Shown here piece by piece: positions 50,674-61,192 of a stretch of 64,000 nucleotides of DNA; position 1 is the stretch's first letter; the number at the start of each line of letters is the position of its first letter. The translations under genes were made by a program, and so were the position numbers. The stretch is from Trichormus sp. ATA11-4-KO1 (lineage in GTDB: Bacteria; Cyanobacteriota; Cyanobacteriia; Cyanobacteriales; Nostocaceae): positions 32,001 to 96,000 of the forward strand of contig JAHHIM010000009.1 of NCBI GenBank assembly GCA_019358915.1, read 5' to 3'. The notes beneath the pieces were generated by a model. The model did not search any database, had not been told where the DNA came from, and saw only the letters and a program-made list of their open reading frames with translations.

Positions 50674-51120
50674 TTACTCCGGTGGCAGTTTTACGATCGC
50701 AAACCAGAAGTTTTCGATGGATTGTACAATTTTAACGAATTGGTCGAAGTCCACTGGCTTAGTGATAAAACAATTAGCAGACAGGTTATAAGCTTTGAGA
50801 ACATCTTCTTCTGATTGAGAAGTTGTCAAAACAACTACAGGTATTCGCTTAAGACTCTGATCGGCTTTAATTTCTGCCAGCACCTCTCGCCCATCCTTTC
50901 TCGGTAAATTTAAATCGAGCAGTACAATATCTGGATGAGGCGCACTAGCATAATTTTCCTGTTTTCGCAAGAAGGCCATGGCCTCTACACCATCTTCAAC
51001 CACATTTAGATTAACGGAGATTTTGCTATCTTCCAGGGCAATGCGTGTTAGTTGAGCATCGCCGGGATTGTCTTCTACTAACAAAACCTCTATAGGCATA
51101 ATTGCTATTGTCGTCTTCAC
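50674..51120 (-). CDS. Rcp1-like single-domain response regulator
   Basis: [34 protein letters not shown]. Confidence 0.9.
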   Translation of the reverse strand: MKTTIAIMPIEVLLVEDNPGDAQLTRIALEDSKISVNLNVVEDGVEAMAFLRKQENYASAPHPDIVLLDLNLPRKDGREVLAEIKADQSLKRIPVVVLTTSQSEEDVLKAYNLSANCFITKPVDFDQFVKIVQSIENFWFAIVKLPPE

Positions 51121-51137
51121 GATTGTTTACCTTTCCC

Positions 51138-51161
51138 AGTGCTGAGTGCTGAGTGCTGAGT
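51138..51161. repeat. STRR heptamer (AGTGCTG)x3
   Basis: Direct reading. Confidence 0.8.
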
Positions 51162-51354
51162 AGAGTAAAAAGGACGTACTTGGTACATCCCCCTGGTTTT
51201 TCAACTCAGTACAAGCTTTAAGCGCAGCTATGCCCGCAGGGCTGTACAGCACTTTCAACGATCGCACTTTTTACAGAATTTGGGATTGGGTACTGAGATG
51301 AAAAACTGAGATTTTTGTATACAGTTTTCTTCATCCCTAATCCCTAGTCATGCT

Positions 51355-53928
51355 CTAAGCACTTTTACCTGCTTTTTCTGGAATTGTGAAGTAGAAAATC
51401 GAGCCTTGACCCGGTTTCGACTCAACCCAGATGCGGCCGCCGTGGCGTTCTATAATCTTCTTACAAATTGCCAACCCAATTCCAGTACCTGGGTATTTAC
51501 TTCTACCATGCAAGCGTTGAAAAATGACAAAAATACGTTCAGCATATTGGGTTTCTATACCAATTCCATTATCGCGCACGGAAAATAGCCATTCATGGGC
51601 AGATGTCGGGAGTTGGGAGTTGGGAGTCGGGAGTAGTTCATCTGCTTCCTCTGCTCCTCTGACTGCACCGACATGAATTTTTAGTGGTAATTCCCCCCGG
51701 AATTTGATGGCGTTACCAATTAAATTTTGTAACACCTGTGTGAGTTGGCTAGGATCAGCTATGACTACAGGCAAAGGGTCATGGGTAATGATGGCACCAC
51801 TCTCTTCAATGGTAAATTTGAGATTAGCGATCGCCTGGTCAAAAACGGTCTGAAAATCAACTTCGACAAACGGCTGTCCCCGACTGGTGACACGGGAATA
51901 GTTTAACAAATCGTTGATCAGGTTTTGCATCCGCCGTGCCCCATCTACGGCGTAGGTGATAAACTGTTCGGCATTAGTGTCTAGTTGATTTTTATATTTG
52001 CGCTCTAACAACTGTAAATAACTAGTCACCATCCGCAACGGTTCTTGCAAATCATGGGAAGCTACATAGGCGAACTGTTCTAACTCGGCATTGGAACGAG
52101 CCAGTTCTTGACTTTGACGGGTTTCTTGTTCTAAAAGTTGTGCTTGGGATAAGGCAATACCAATTTGGTTTGCTAGGTGTTCTAACAACTCCAACTCAAA
52201 GTTGTTCCACTGTCGAGGTGTTGCACATTGATGAGCAATTAACAAGCCCCAAATATTTTCCCTGACGAGAATTGGTACTACAAGATTAGCTTTGACTCCC
52301 AGCTGCTGAAGAAATTGCCGATGGCAGTCTTGAATATTAGCTTGTTCAATATCTACAATCGCACTTACCCTGCCTTGGCGGTATTTTTCCACATAGCCTT
52401 GCTGAAAGCAGGGTTCGAGAATCTTTTTTCCCAGAACTACAGGCCAACCAGGTAGTACTGCTTCTTGTACCACAGTTCCCGAACCATCAGCCCAAAGCCG
52501 AAAAATCAATACTCGGTCAGCTTGTAGTAGTTGTTGGACTTCATTGACAGTAGTTTGGAGAATTTCATCTAATTGTAAACTTTCGCGGATTTTTAGGGTA
52601 ATTTCGGCAAATAGTTGCGATCGCCGATTCTGCCGCTTTAATTCTGCTTCTGCCCGCTTGCGATCGGCAATATCAGTATACGACCCTACCATGCGGACTA
52701 CATTACCTGCCTCATCCCAAAGCGCTTGTCCGCGATCTAAAATCCATTTATAAGTGCCGTCTTTACATAAAATTCGATGCTCGGTGACATAAAAAGGTGT
52801 TTTTTTCGCAAAGTGATTCTCAAAAGCTTGAAGCACATGATCTAAGTCATCGGGATGAACTCGTTTTTGCCATTCATCCCAATGATGAGAAATTTCGTGG
52901 TCTGCATATCCCAGCATTTCCTTCCAACGAGTTGAATAAAACACTTCATTGGTCTGGACATTCCAGTCCCAAATGCCATCGTTATTACCATGTAAAGCTA
53001 ATTGCCAACGTTCTTCACTTTGTCGCAGTGCAGCTGCTGTTTGCTGCCATTCGGTAATATCCTGGAAATATACAGATAAACCATCCCGTCCTGGATAAGC
53101 ATGAACTCGAAACCAGGAGTTGAGCCGTGGATAAAATTCTTCAAATTCTACGCTAATTTGTTCAGCGATCGCTCTACGATACTCGTGATAAAATTTTGTT
53201 TCTATCAATTCTGGCAGTGCTTGCCAAATATTTTTACCCAATAGCTGATTTTGGGTTTTCTGCATTAGCCGCGCTGCTTGGCCGTTAATATAAGTAAATC
53301 GCCATTCTTGATCCAAGGCAAAAAACGCATCAGTAATGCTTTCAAGTATATTAGAGATCCGATTTTTCGCAGCTTCCGTAGTTGCCCTGGTCGTTTGCTC
53401 CTGAGTGAGTAAGTCCTCAGTAATGCGCGCTACTTCAGCTACATTACGCCTCAATTCTAGTTGATTAATTACTAAGTGACTCAAAGCCACCAGTGCGTCT
53501 ACTTGTTGTTGACTCAGTTCCCGTGGTACTCGGTCAAGTACACAAAGAGTTCCTAGCATATATCCCTTAGGAGTAATCAGGGGTATACCTGCATAAAACC
53601 GCACATAGGGATAAGAAGTTACTACTGGATTTTTTGCCAACTTTTCATCAGCTAATGCATCTGGTACTACTACAACATCCCGTCGCTCTTGGCAAAGGTA
53701 AGATAACCCAACATCCCGAGGCATTTCCGAGACATCCAAACCTAGTTTTGCTTTAAACCACTGCCGATTTTCATCAATAAAATTTACTAAGGCTATAGGT
53801 GTACCACAAATGAAAGCAGCTAGCTGGGCAAGATTGTCATAGGCTTCTTCCGGTTCCGTGTCCAGAATTTGATACTGGCGGAGAGCTTCCAGTCTCTCCG
53901 CTTCATTATAAGTAAATTCAGTTTTCAT
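51355..53928 (-). CDS. GAF-PAS-PAS-GAF(cyanobacteriochrome-type) histidine kinase
   Basis: ASHDLQEPLR H-box, GTGIGLAICKKI; second GAF with EPCF, CH and WGLLIAHQC. Confidence 0.88.
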   Translation of the reverse strand: MKTEFTYNEAERLEALRQYQILDTEPEEAYDNLAQLAAFICGTPIALVNFIDENRQWFKAKLGLDVSEMPRDVGLSYLCQERRDVVVVPDALADEKLAKNPVVTSYPYVRFYAGIPLITPKGYMLGTLCVLDRVPRELSQQQVDALVALSHLVINQLELRRNVAEVARITEDLLTQEQTTRATTEAAKNRISNILESITDAFFALDQEWRFTYINGQAARLMQKTQNQLLGKNIWQALPELIETKFYHEYRRAIAEQISVEFEEFYPRLNSWFRVHAYPGRDGLSVYFQDITEWQQTAAALRQSEERWQLALHGNNDGIWDWNVQTNEVFYSTRWKEMLGYADHEISHHWDEWQKRVHPDDLDHVLQAFENHFAKKTPFYVTEHRILCKDGTYKWILDRGQALWDEAGNVVRMVGSYTDIADRKRAEAELKRQNRRSQLFAEITLKIRESLQLDEILQTTVNEVQQLLQADRVLIFRLWADGSGTVVQEAVLPGWPVVLGKKILEPCFQQGYVEKYRQGRVSAIVDIEQANIQDCHRQFLQQLGVKANLVVPILVRENIWGLLIAHQCATPRQWNNFELELLEHLANQIGIALSQAQLLEQETRQSQELARSNAELEQFAYVASHDLQEPLRMVTSYLQLLERKYKNQLDTNAEQFITYAVDGARRMQNLINDLLNYSRVTSRGQPFVEVDFQTVFDQAIANLKFTIEESGAIITHDPLPVVIADPSQLTQVLQNLIGNAIKFRGELPLKIHVGAVRGAEEADELLPTPNSQLPTSAHEWLFSVRDNGIGIETQYAERIFVIFQRLHGRSKYPGTGIGLAICKKIIERHGGRIWVESKPGQGSIFYFTIPEKAGKSA

Positions 53929-54267
53929 CTATTTTTATGAAAAAATTAAAAAATTAAAGTTTATTAAAAATTTGCGTTGTATTCTAAATTACTTAATACT
54001 CTCCCCACCTATAGCTTTTCAGGGGAATTTTTTTAATTTGTGCTGTTAACAAACTATAATTCCAGTCTAGCTTGACGAAAAAAGAATTTCTCCGCCCACG
54101 CAGAACTTAGAGCATCCCAACTTTTTCAAACACAAAACACAAAGCTTACATTCAACCTTTGCGCCCCTTGGCGTTTAAAAATAAACATTTGGAATGCACT
54201 CAGCACTTTGTTACAAGGGAGCATACGTCACCGCATCTCCCTTTTTTAAATCATCCGTCTGCTCAGT

Positions 54268-54780
54268 CTATTTTGGCAATTGAGCGAAATTTTGCGGGTA
54301 AATTTCGATCTCCATATCTGAGTCCTCACGGCTAGCCAATGTCCGCTTGATTTGACCCAAATAAACTGGTACAGAAATTCCTGGTTCCGGATGGATAATG
54401 GTACGGGCGCGAATCGTCAGTTGATTGTCTCCCCGTGTACCTAAGCGACCGTAAGAATAAAGATTACTAGCTGCTTGACGTAGAGTTGCTTCTAATGCCG
54501 AAGGTGAGATTTCCGGTGATGTAGCAATCACCGTTTGCGTAGAACCATTATCATAAACTAGAGTATATTTCACGGCTCCCGGAATGACAGTGCGACTTAA
54601 AGGAACCAACGAGAGAGCAAATAACCCCCCCGTCAGCACCAGCATAAAGCCAGTTGTACCTACCAGCCGAAAGCGAATACCCCACTTGAGAATAAAAGCC
54701 AGGATTGCTAGGGCAGCAAATACCAATGTGGCAATACCCGACCATTGGGTGTACTGAAGAAAGTCAGCTGTTGTGAGCAT
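54268..54780 (-). CDS. ycf51: Ycf51-family protein
   Basis: WGIRFRLVGTTGF, LVYDNG, TLRQAASNL. Confidence 0.85.
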   Translation of the reverse strand: MLTTADFLQYTQWSGIATLVFAALAILAFILKWGIRFRLVGTTGFMLVLTGGLFALSLVPLSRTVIPGAVKYTLVYDNGSTQTVIATSPEISPSALEATLRQAASNLYSYGRLGTRGDNQLTIRARTIIHPEPGISVPVYLGQIKRTLASREDSDMEIEIYPQNFAQLPK

Positions 54781-54949
54781 ACAGATTGGCTACTTAGGCG
54801 TTTAATTGTTGATTACCGACACACCCATTTTACCGAGTGCTTACATTGTAGAGGTGGTCATCGGCATCTGATTTAGATTTTGTGTTTACCTGCTGTGTTC
54901 TGTTTGCCTAAATTTAGGTTCAATAATGCTTAACTGTCGAAAAACTCAA

Positions 54950-54982
54950 AAAATATAAAAGGGCATCTAAATGTAGATGCCC
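54950..54982 (-). terminator. Intrinsic terminator on the minus strand
   Basis: GGGCATCTA-catt-TAGATGCCC followed by TTTTATATTTT. Confidence 0.7.
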
Positions 54983-55278
54983 GTTATGCAGGAAAACCCC
55001 AAAAGGGTTGTCCCTACACCTTCCCAACTATCAGCAACAGTGGCTAATTGAGGTTAGCCACACTCACAGTCACAAATGTGAATAATGTAATTTTAGTAAC
55101 TAAAACTTATAAATGACTCCAGTGTAAATACTAGATGGTTTAGCTGATTTTCATGCCATTAAACGACAAAATTGTCTACAAAACGCAGTAAGTTTTCTAT
55201 CAGTGTCAGTTGAAAAGCTGCGTTAAAGTTTGAGGGGTTAGTTTTTCAAAAAGAGCAAAATAAATCTGAGCGTAACCA

Positions 55279-56046
55279 ATGGCAAGAAATTTGTTTAGCG
55301 TTGAAAACAAAGTTGTTTGCATCAGTGGCTCTAGCCGAGGGCTGGGAAAAGCACTTGCTCAGGGATTTGCAGAGCGAGGTGCAAAGGTAATTATTTCATC
55401 CTGGAATAGCGAAGAATTGACAATTTGTCAACAAGAATTTGAGTTACAGGGCTTAGCTGTTGATTCGATTGTTGTAGATGTGAGAAATCGGGCTGAGTGT
55501 GGAAATTTTGTATCGACCGCACTCAAATTACATGGAACCCTTGATGTGATGATTTGCAATGCAGGAATTGATGTCATCAAGCCTGCTGAACAGTATGAAG
55601 AAAACGAGTGGGATAAAATCCTCGATATTAATCTTCGTGGTTACTACTTCTGCGCTCAATTCGCTGCACAACATATGCTAGATGCAGGAAGTGGAAGCAT
55701 TATCATGACCTCATCAATTGCTGGAGCTTTAGGAATTCCGGGACTAACACCTTATGCTGCCTCGAAAGGTGGTATTAATCAGCTAGTTCGCACAATGGCT
55801 GTGGAATGGGCACAGAGGGGTGTACGAGTAAATGCGATAGCACCTGGCTATATTGAGAACATCATGGTAGATGTCAAGTTTGATGAGAACGATCCCTACC
55901 AGCAGCGTGTAACTGACTTTACGCCAATGGGACGGCGAGGCGCAGTTCATGAATTCTTGGGAGCATATCTGTTCTTGGCAAGTGAAGCGTCTTCCTATAT
56001 TACTGGTGAGGTCTTATACGTTGATGGTGGTTACCATGCTGCATAG
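55279..56046 (+). CDS. Short-chain dehydrogenase/reductase
   Basis: SGSSRGLG, CNAG, YAASK, VNAIAPG, VDGG. Confidence 0.9.
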   Translation: MARNLFSVENKVVCISGSSRGLGKALAQGFAERGAKVIISSWNSEELTICQQEFELQGLAVDSIVVDVRNRAECGNFVSTALKLHGTLDVMICNAGIDVIKPAEQYEENEWDKILDINLRGYYFCAQFAAQHMLDAGSGSIIMTSSIAGALGIPGLTPYAASKGGINQLVRTMAVEWAQRGVRVNAIAPGYIENIMVDVKFDENDPYQQRVTDFTPMGRRGAVHEFLGAYLFLASEASSYITGEVLYVDGGYHAA

Positions 56047-56281
56047 CATCCTGAAATCGAGTTTTGGGCTGATTTAGCTACTATTGTCTTTACATAGTTC
56101 TAAATATTCGTGCATACTTACTCAGCGCTCTTCCGTCACTCTGGGATGAAACCTGAATTTTTCGTTGGCTGAAACAGCGAAAATTCGTGAAGTTTTCTAA
56201 GACTGATGAAAGAGCGTTAGTCAAAAGTCCTTAGTTTATAGTCACTTTTTTTATGTAAAAGTACTAATGACTAATGACTAA

Positions 56282-58438
56282 TTAAGGTAATGCCCTAGAG
56301 GTGACGGCTCGTTGCAATTGAGCCAAGGCGCGGTTGTAATCCAAAATTGCTTGGATACGATTACCTTCGGCTCTTGTCAAGTCGTTTTCGGAGTTAATGA
56401 CATCAGTTTGAGTACCTACACCGGCTTGGAATCGCAAACGCGCTAAACGGAGAGCTTCCCTAGCTTGTTCTAAAGCAGCATTGGCAGTTTGCACATTTTC
56501 CAAATTAGATCGCTGGGTAGAAAAAGCTTGTTCTACCTGAAAGCGGATTTGGTTGCGCTGTTCACCAAACTGAGTTTCTGCGATCGCCACATTAGATTTC
56601 GCCTGAGATGCTCTAGCTCTTGCTGCTCCCCCGTCGTATAAATTCAAAGTAGCTCTGACTCCTACAGAATAGCCATCGGTAACGCTGATACTATCGTCGA
56701 ACTGATCTAGCAGACTATAGCTAGCAACCAAGCTAACTTGAGGCCCTAAAGTGGAAAGTGCCTCCCGTCGTTGTTGCTCACTAATGTTGCGTTGTGCCAA
56801 CTGCTGTTGTAGTTCTGGACGATTTTGAAAAGCTAACACAATGCTACTTTCTAGGTCTTGGTTCCAAAGTCCTGCTAATTGCACTGGATCTGCGGCACTG
56901 ATATTTACCGATTGCGGCAAACTTAACCGAGCGGCTAGACGGCGACGAGCAATCTGCTGCTGAGAAAGGGCATTAGTCAAGTCTTGTTGCGAATTTGCCA
57001 AATTCACTTGCGATCGCAGCACATCAAATCGCGTACCTACCCCAGCTCGCTCCAAGGCTTGTGCATCGCGCAAACTAGCCTGGGCATTCTCTACAGATGA
57101 TTGGGCAATGCGTACTTGTTCATCTGCTTGTTGCAAATCATAATATTCAGTGGTGACATTCAAGCGAATTTCTTCAGATTGGCGCTCTACAGCCAACTCA
57201 TTGAACCGCACTTGCTCTTCCGCCTGTCTGATGTTAGCTCGCCGTCTCCCAGAAGTAAAAATGTCATAGGTTAGTTGTGCTTGACCGCTAAACCCTGTAC
57301 TAGCCTCAGATCCTGGCGATGGAATACCTGTCTGCTGTTCTTGTTGTCTCAGTTGTAGCTCACCGCCCGCAGAGCGGCTGCGAGTGATATCAGCACTCAA
57401 ACCAACATTGGGCAATAAAGCTGCTTGGGCTTCGCGTAGAGCTGCTTGGGAGCGTTCTAGCTCCAATAAAGACACCTGTAAATCACGATTATTTCGCCGT
57501 GCTACTTCCAAAGCTTGTGCCAAACTCAGAGGCTGATTTTCCTCCAGTGCCACTTCCTCTGGTTTGGTGGGAAATAGCAGAGGATTGGCGCTTGGGATGA
57601 GGTTATCAGGAATTTGTACAGCACCTGCTGGTGCAAATTCCACAGTTTCTGGTTGTGTGGGTATTTGCCCAGTATCAGCAGGTACAAATTGCGTGGGAGT
57701 TATTACCCCATCAGCATCTCCAGGGTTTGAGGTGAAATCAGGCGTATTGGGATTTTGAACTACCAAATTCCTAGTTAGATGTTGCGGTTGGCAGGCACTA
57801 GCCAGCGATATCTGTGCCTGTGAACAACTTGGTACCACTAGCAGCCTTGCCGCTCCTGTACCTCTAATCGCAGTTGGTAAAACTGTCTGTAACTGAGTTT
57901 GAGGAATTTTTGCAGACGCTGCTGGCTGCCGTAAAGCAGACAGGGAAAAGCTTGCTGTTTGAGCAGAAGTTTGTTTGGCTGTGGCAGTAGGAACGATTAT
58001 TGGCTCTATTTGCTCAGAAGTAGCAATAGTGCTGTGTTTTTGGTTGCTTTTAAAAAGATGCTGTTGTAAGCGTTGGGTGGAATTTAAGCTAGGTGTGAAA
58101 CGTGAAAATTTACCTTGATCTTTTTTAGATCTTTGTTCTATGGGTATAACAGTATTTCCTGTCAAGATCACTGGGTTACTATTACTACTTAAAGATGGCA
58201 AATTAAGTGTAGCTAATCCAGTTTCGGGTACTATATCTGGAAAACTCTGTGCCACAGTATTAGACAGTTGGGTATTAATATTACCCACAACTAAGGTTCG
58301 ACTATCAGTAGCAGTCAAAACACTAGGAGAAGACGCTAATTGTACGCCACTTACTGTGCCAGCCAAGGCAGGCTGGGTTGTTAATACTGCTACTGTGACA
58401 CCAGGTAAGAAACTATGGAATAAGTATTGTCCTTTCAC
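56282..58438 (-). CDS. tolC: TolC-family outer-membrane channel (HgdD-like)
   Basis: Long low-complexity N-terminus plus two OEP repeats; directly downstream of kaiC as in Nostoc/Anabaena. Confidence 0.88.
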   Translation of the reverse strand: MKGQYLFHSFLPGVTVAVLTTQPALAGTVSGVQLASSPSVLTATDSRTLVVGNINTQLSNTVAQSFPDIVPETGLATLNLPSLSSNSNPVILTGNTVIPIEQRSKKDQGKFSRFTPSLNSTQRLQQHLFKSNQKHSTIATSEQIEPIIVPTATAKQTSAQTASFSLSALRQPAASAKIPQTQLQTVLPTAIRGTGAARLLVVPSCSQAQISLASACQPQHLTRNLVVQNPNTPDFTSNPGDADGVITPTQFVPADTGQIPTQPETVEFAPAGAVQIPDNLIPSANPLLFPTKPEEVALEENQPLSLAQALEVARRNNRDLQVSLLELERSQAALREAQAALLPNVGLSADITRSRSAGGELQLRQQEQQTGIPSPGSEASTGFSGQAQLTYDIFTSGRRRANIRQAEEQVRFNELAVERQSEEIRLNVTTEYYDLQQADEQVRIAQSSVENAQASLRDAQALERAGVGTRFDVLRSQVNLANSQQDLTNALSQQQIARRRLAARLSLPQSVNISAADPVQLAGLWNQDLESSIVLAFQNRPELQQQLAQRNISEQQRREALSTLGPQVSLVASYSLLDQFDDSISVTDGYSVGVRATLNLYDGGAARARASQAKSNVAIAETQFGEQRNQIRFQVEQAFSTQRSNLENVQTANAALEQAREALRLARLRFQAGVGTQTDVINSENDLTRAEGNRIQAILDYNRALAQLQRAVTSRALP

Positions 58439-58542
58439 CGCATCCCCTCACACAAAAATCAATCTAGCGGCAGAAAACCCTTCTTCTCCACAGAATATAG
58501 CATGATCCTAAATTTAGAAATGAATATAGCACGATACTAAAT

Positions 58543-60102
58543 TTAAGAATCAGAACTTGGTTTGTTTTCAAAACGTTGGACTATGCGAGAAAGTTCCGCC
58601 TTTTCGTCGATACTAACGCGGGTAGGAGCCCCACTGACAATTCGTTCGTAGTTACGGAAAGAATCTTTAATTTCGGGACCGTCAGCAGTGATATTGTACT
58701 CACGGATACCTTTGTCATGCCACGAACCTCGCATTTTAAATACGTTGATTGCTCGTGACATTTCACCACGAATTTCTACGTACTGTAACATCAAAATTGT
58801 GTCTGTAATTGTGGAAATATGAGAGTCAGTAATTGAATGTGACCCCATGAATTGGTCAGTTGTGTTGGTAAAAAAACCAGTGATCTCTTCTTGTTTTGCA
58901 TAACCGGTCACACCGATGACAAACTGGCGGAAGGCATTATTGCTTACTCCTCTAGCTAGGGCTGAGAGCGAGTCAATGGCAATACGAGAAGGTTTAAAAA
59001 CTGCAATTTCTGATTTAATAATTTGCAAGTGGTCTTCTAAACCAGTTGATTCAGGATATGTACAAATTATTTTGAGTAACCCTTGACGTTCTAAGTCCTC
59101 AAAATCTATTCCCCAAGAGTAGGCATTGCGAGACAATTGAGCGCGTGATTCTTCATAAGCAAATAATATTGCTTGTTCGCCATTGATACAGCCATCTTGG
59201 AGAAATTTGCTAACCAACAGAGTTTTTCCTGTACCAGTGGCTCCGGTTGTCAAAATAATAGAATCTTTAAAGAAACCACCGCCACACATCTCATCCAGGG
59301 TTTTAACTCCAGAAGATACCCTGACATTAGAAGAACGCTGAGTCAAGCGCATTGCCCCCAAGGGAAAAATATTGACTCCTTCATTAGTAATTGTGAAAGG
59401 ATACTCACCTTTCATGTGTGTTGTACCACGCAATTTGAGAATTTCAATGGTGCGGCGGCGGCGTTCTCCTTCTAAAACGTTACGCACAATTACTACATTA
59501 TCGGAAACAAATTCTTCAACACCAAAAGAAGCAACAGAGCCGTATTCTTCACTACGTTCGGTGGTAATAATAGTTGTGACATGTAGTTGTTTGAGACGTG
59601 CTACTAGGCGAAAAATTTCCCGCCGCACTACTCCCATCGCTTCATATTGCTGAAAAACTGCTGTTATTGAGTCAATCGAAACTCTTTGTGCTTTGTATTT
59701 ACGAATCGCGTATTGCAAGCGCTCAATGAGTGCTGAAAGGTCAAAATTACCGACAATATCTTGACCTTCTGGATCAGGTGAAGCATCGAGAATAAACAAC
59801 TTGCCTTCATCAATGAGACGTTGTAAATTCCACCCAAAAATATGGGCATTTTTAATAATGTCACTAGGAGATTCTTCAAAAGTAACAAATACACCTGCTT
59901 CATCAAAGCGGGTAATACCGTTATAGAGAAATTGCAGAGATAATAAGGTTTTGCCTGTGCCAGAGGTACCACTAACTAAGGTAGTTCTGCCAATAGGCAA
60001 ACCACCATGACTAATATCGTCAAAGCCCTCTATCATCGTGCGAATTTTTTCTACACCACCAATTTGGGTGTTGTTTGGCGCTGGTTGGTCTTTTTCGCTC
60101 AT
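58543..60102 (-). CDS. kaiC: Circadian clock ATPase/kinase KaiC
   Basis: Two RecA domains GTSGTGKT and GATGTGKT, DSHISTITD phosphosites. Confidence 0.98.
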   Translation of the reverse strand: MSEKDQPAPNNTQIGGVEKIRTMIEGFDDISHGGLPIGRTTLVSGTSGTGKTLLSLQFLYNGITRFDEAGVFVTFEESPSDIIKNAHIFGWNLQRLIDEGKLFILDASPDPEGQDIVGNFDLSALIERLQYAIRKYKAQRVSIDSITAVFQQYEAMGVVRREIFRLVARLKQLHVTTIITTERSEEYGSVASFGVEEFVSDNVVIVRNVLEGERRRRTIEILKLRGTTHMKGEYPFTITNEGVNIFPLGAMRLTQRSSNVRVSSGVKTLDEMCGGGFFKDSIILTTGATGTGKTLLVSKFLQDGCINGEQAILFAYEESRAQLSRNAYSWGIDFEDLERQGLLKIICTYPESTGLEDHLQIIKSEIAVFKPSRIAIDSLSALARGVSNNAFRQFVIGVTGYAKQEEITGFFTNTTDQFMGSHSITDSHISTITDTILMLQYVEIRGEMSRAINVFKMRGSWHDKGIREYNITADGPEIKDSFRNYERIVSGAPTRVSIDEKAELSRIVQRFENKPSSDS

Positions 60103-60190
60103 TGCTTCATAACAGATGGGTATTAAACCCAGTTTTTATATTACTAAAGTTGGTAATTTGCCATCAAAGTTTTGAGGATTAAAGGTATTT

Positions 60191-60505
60191 TTACTCTTCC
60201 CAATCTTCTTCAATCAGTTCTTCGTAAAGTAAATCTAATCCAATTAACACTCTTTCTCTGTCTGATAGGTCACCAATTATTTTACGAACAGGTGGAGGCA
60301 AAATTTTAGATAACGTTGGCGTCGCTAATATTTTATCTTCTTCGGCTAGCTGCGGGTTTTTCAGCACGTCAATCACTTTCAAAGCATAAACACCTTGAAA
60401 CTCCTGTTCTAAAATATTTTTGAGTATTTTTAATGCCCGTACTGAGTTTGGTGTGTTCCCTGCTACATAAAGCTTGAGAACATAGGTCTTTCTGGCTTTA
60501 TTCAT
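60191..60505 (-). CDS. kaiB: Circadian clock protein KaiB
   Basis: [27 protein letters not shown]. Confidence 0.98.
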   Translation of the reverse strand: MNKARKTYVLKLYVAGNTPNSVRALKILKNILEQEFQGVYALKVIDVLKNPQLAEEDKILATPTLSKILPPPVRKIIGDLSDRERVLIGLDLLYEELIEEDWEE

Positions 60506-60610
60506 AAAGGTACAGGCTAGACGTGAGAATTGAAATGTAGGATGATCAGATGAATGGGGAGAAAGTTACATCTATTGAGTAGGATCATCTTAAACTATTA
60601 TAAATTTAAT

Positions 60611-61192
60611 TTATTTAGACATCGAACATCTATAGAGTTCGCAAAGGTGGGCGAGAATATCTATCAGTGCTAGGCGGTAATCAAGTAATGTTTCATCACT
60701 CCTTCCTTCTAATCTTAGCTGTACGGAAAAGTCTTCAATTAGTTCCATATGAAATTCTATGATTTGCGGCACAGGAATATTAGCACAAAATACCGCATTG
60801 ATAAATTTATCAATTTTTTCTTTCAGTGTTTTGTCCGTAGTAAAGTAATGTATAAGAATTTGGCGATAATCTGATTTGAGTTGTTGCAACAATACCTGCC
60901 GATCAACTTGAGTCATCTGCTGAAAGAACTGCTGTGGTTTTTGCTTATGACACGTAAATACATAAAAATATTTATTAGTGAAATTTTCATTAAGATATTG
61001 TTGCCACCATGCCAGTAGATAGTAAATTTTAGCAGTAGTGGTAGTAACTATAGGCGAGAGGTAAAATTGGTTGGTAGTGTAATGTCTAGAACTCCACATT
61101 GGCCAGATTAATTTGGGTTTAGTGGCTAGCTTAGTGGGAGTATCTAAATTTTTTTGAACATTCGATGGAAAAGTAAATATGGGTAGTAGCAT
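60611..61192 (-). CDS. kaiA: Circadian clock protein KaiA (C-terminal domain type; alternative start at 60916)
   Basis: DYRQIL, QLRLEGRS, LLDYRLALIDILAHLCELYR. Confidence 0.9.
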   Translation of the reverse strand: MLLPIFTFPSNVQKNLDTPTKLATKPKLIWPMWSSRHYTTNQFYLSPIVTTTTAKIYYLLAWWQQYLNENFTNKYFYVFTCHKQKPQQFFQQMTQVDRQVLLQQLKSDYRQILIHYFTTDKTLKEKIDKFINAVFCANIPVPQIIEFHMELIEDFSVQLRLEGRSDETLLDYRLALIDILAHLCELYRCSMSK

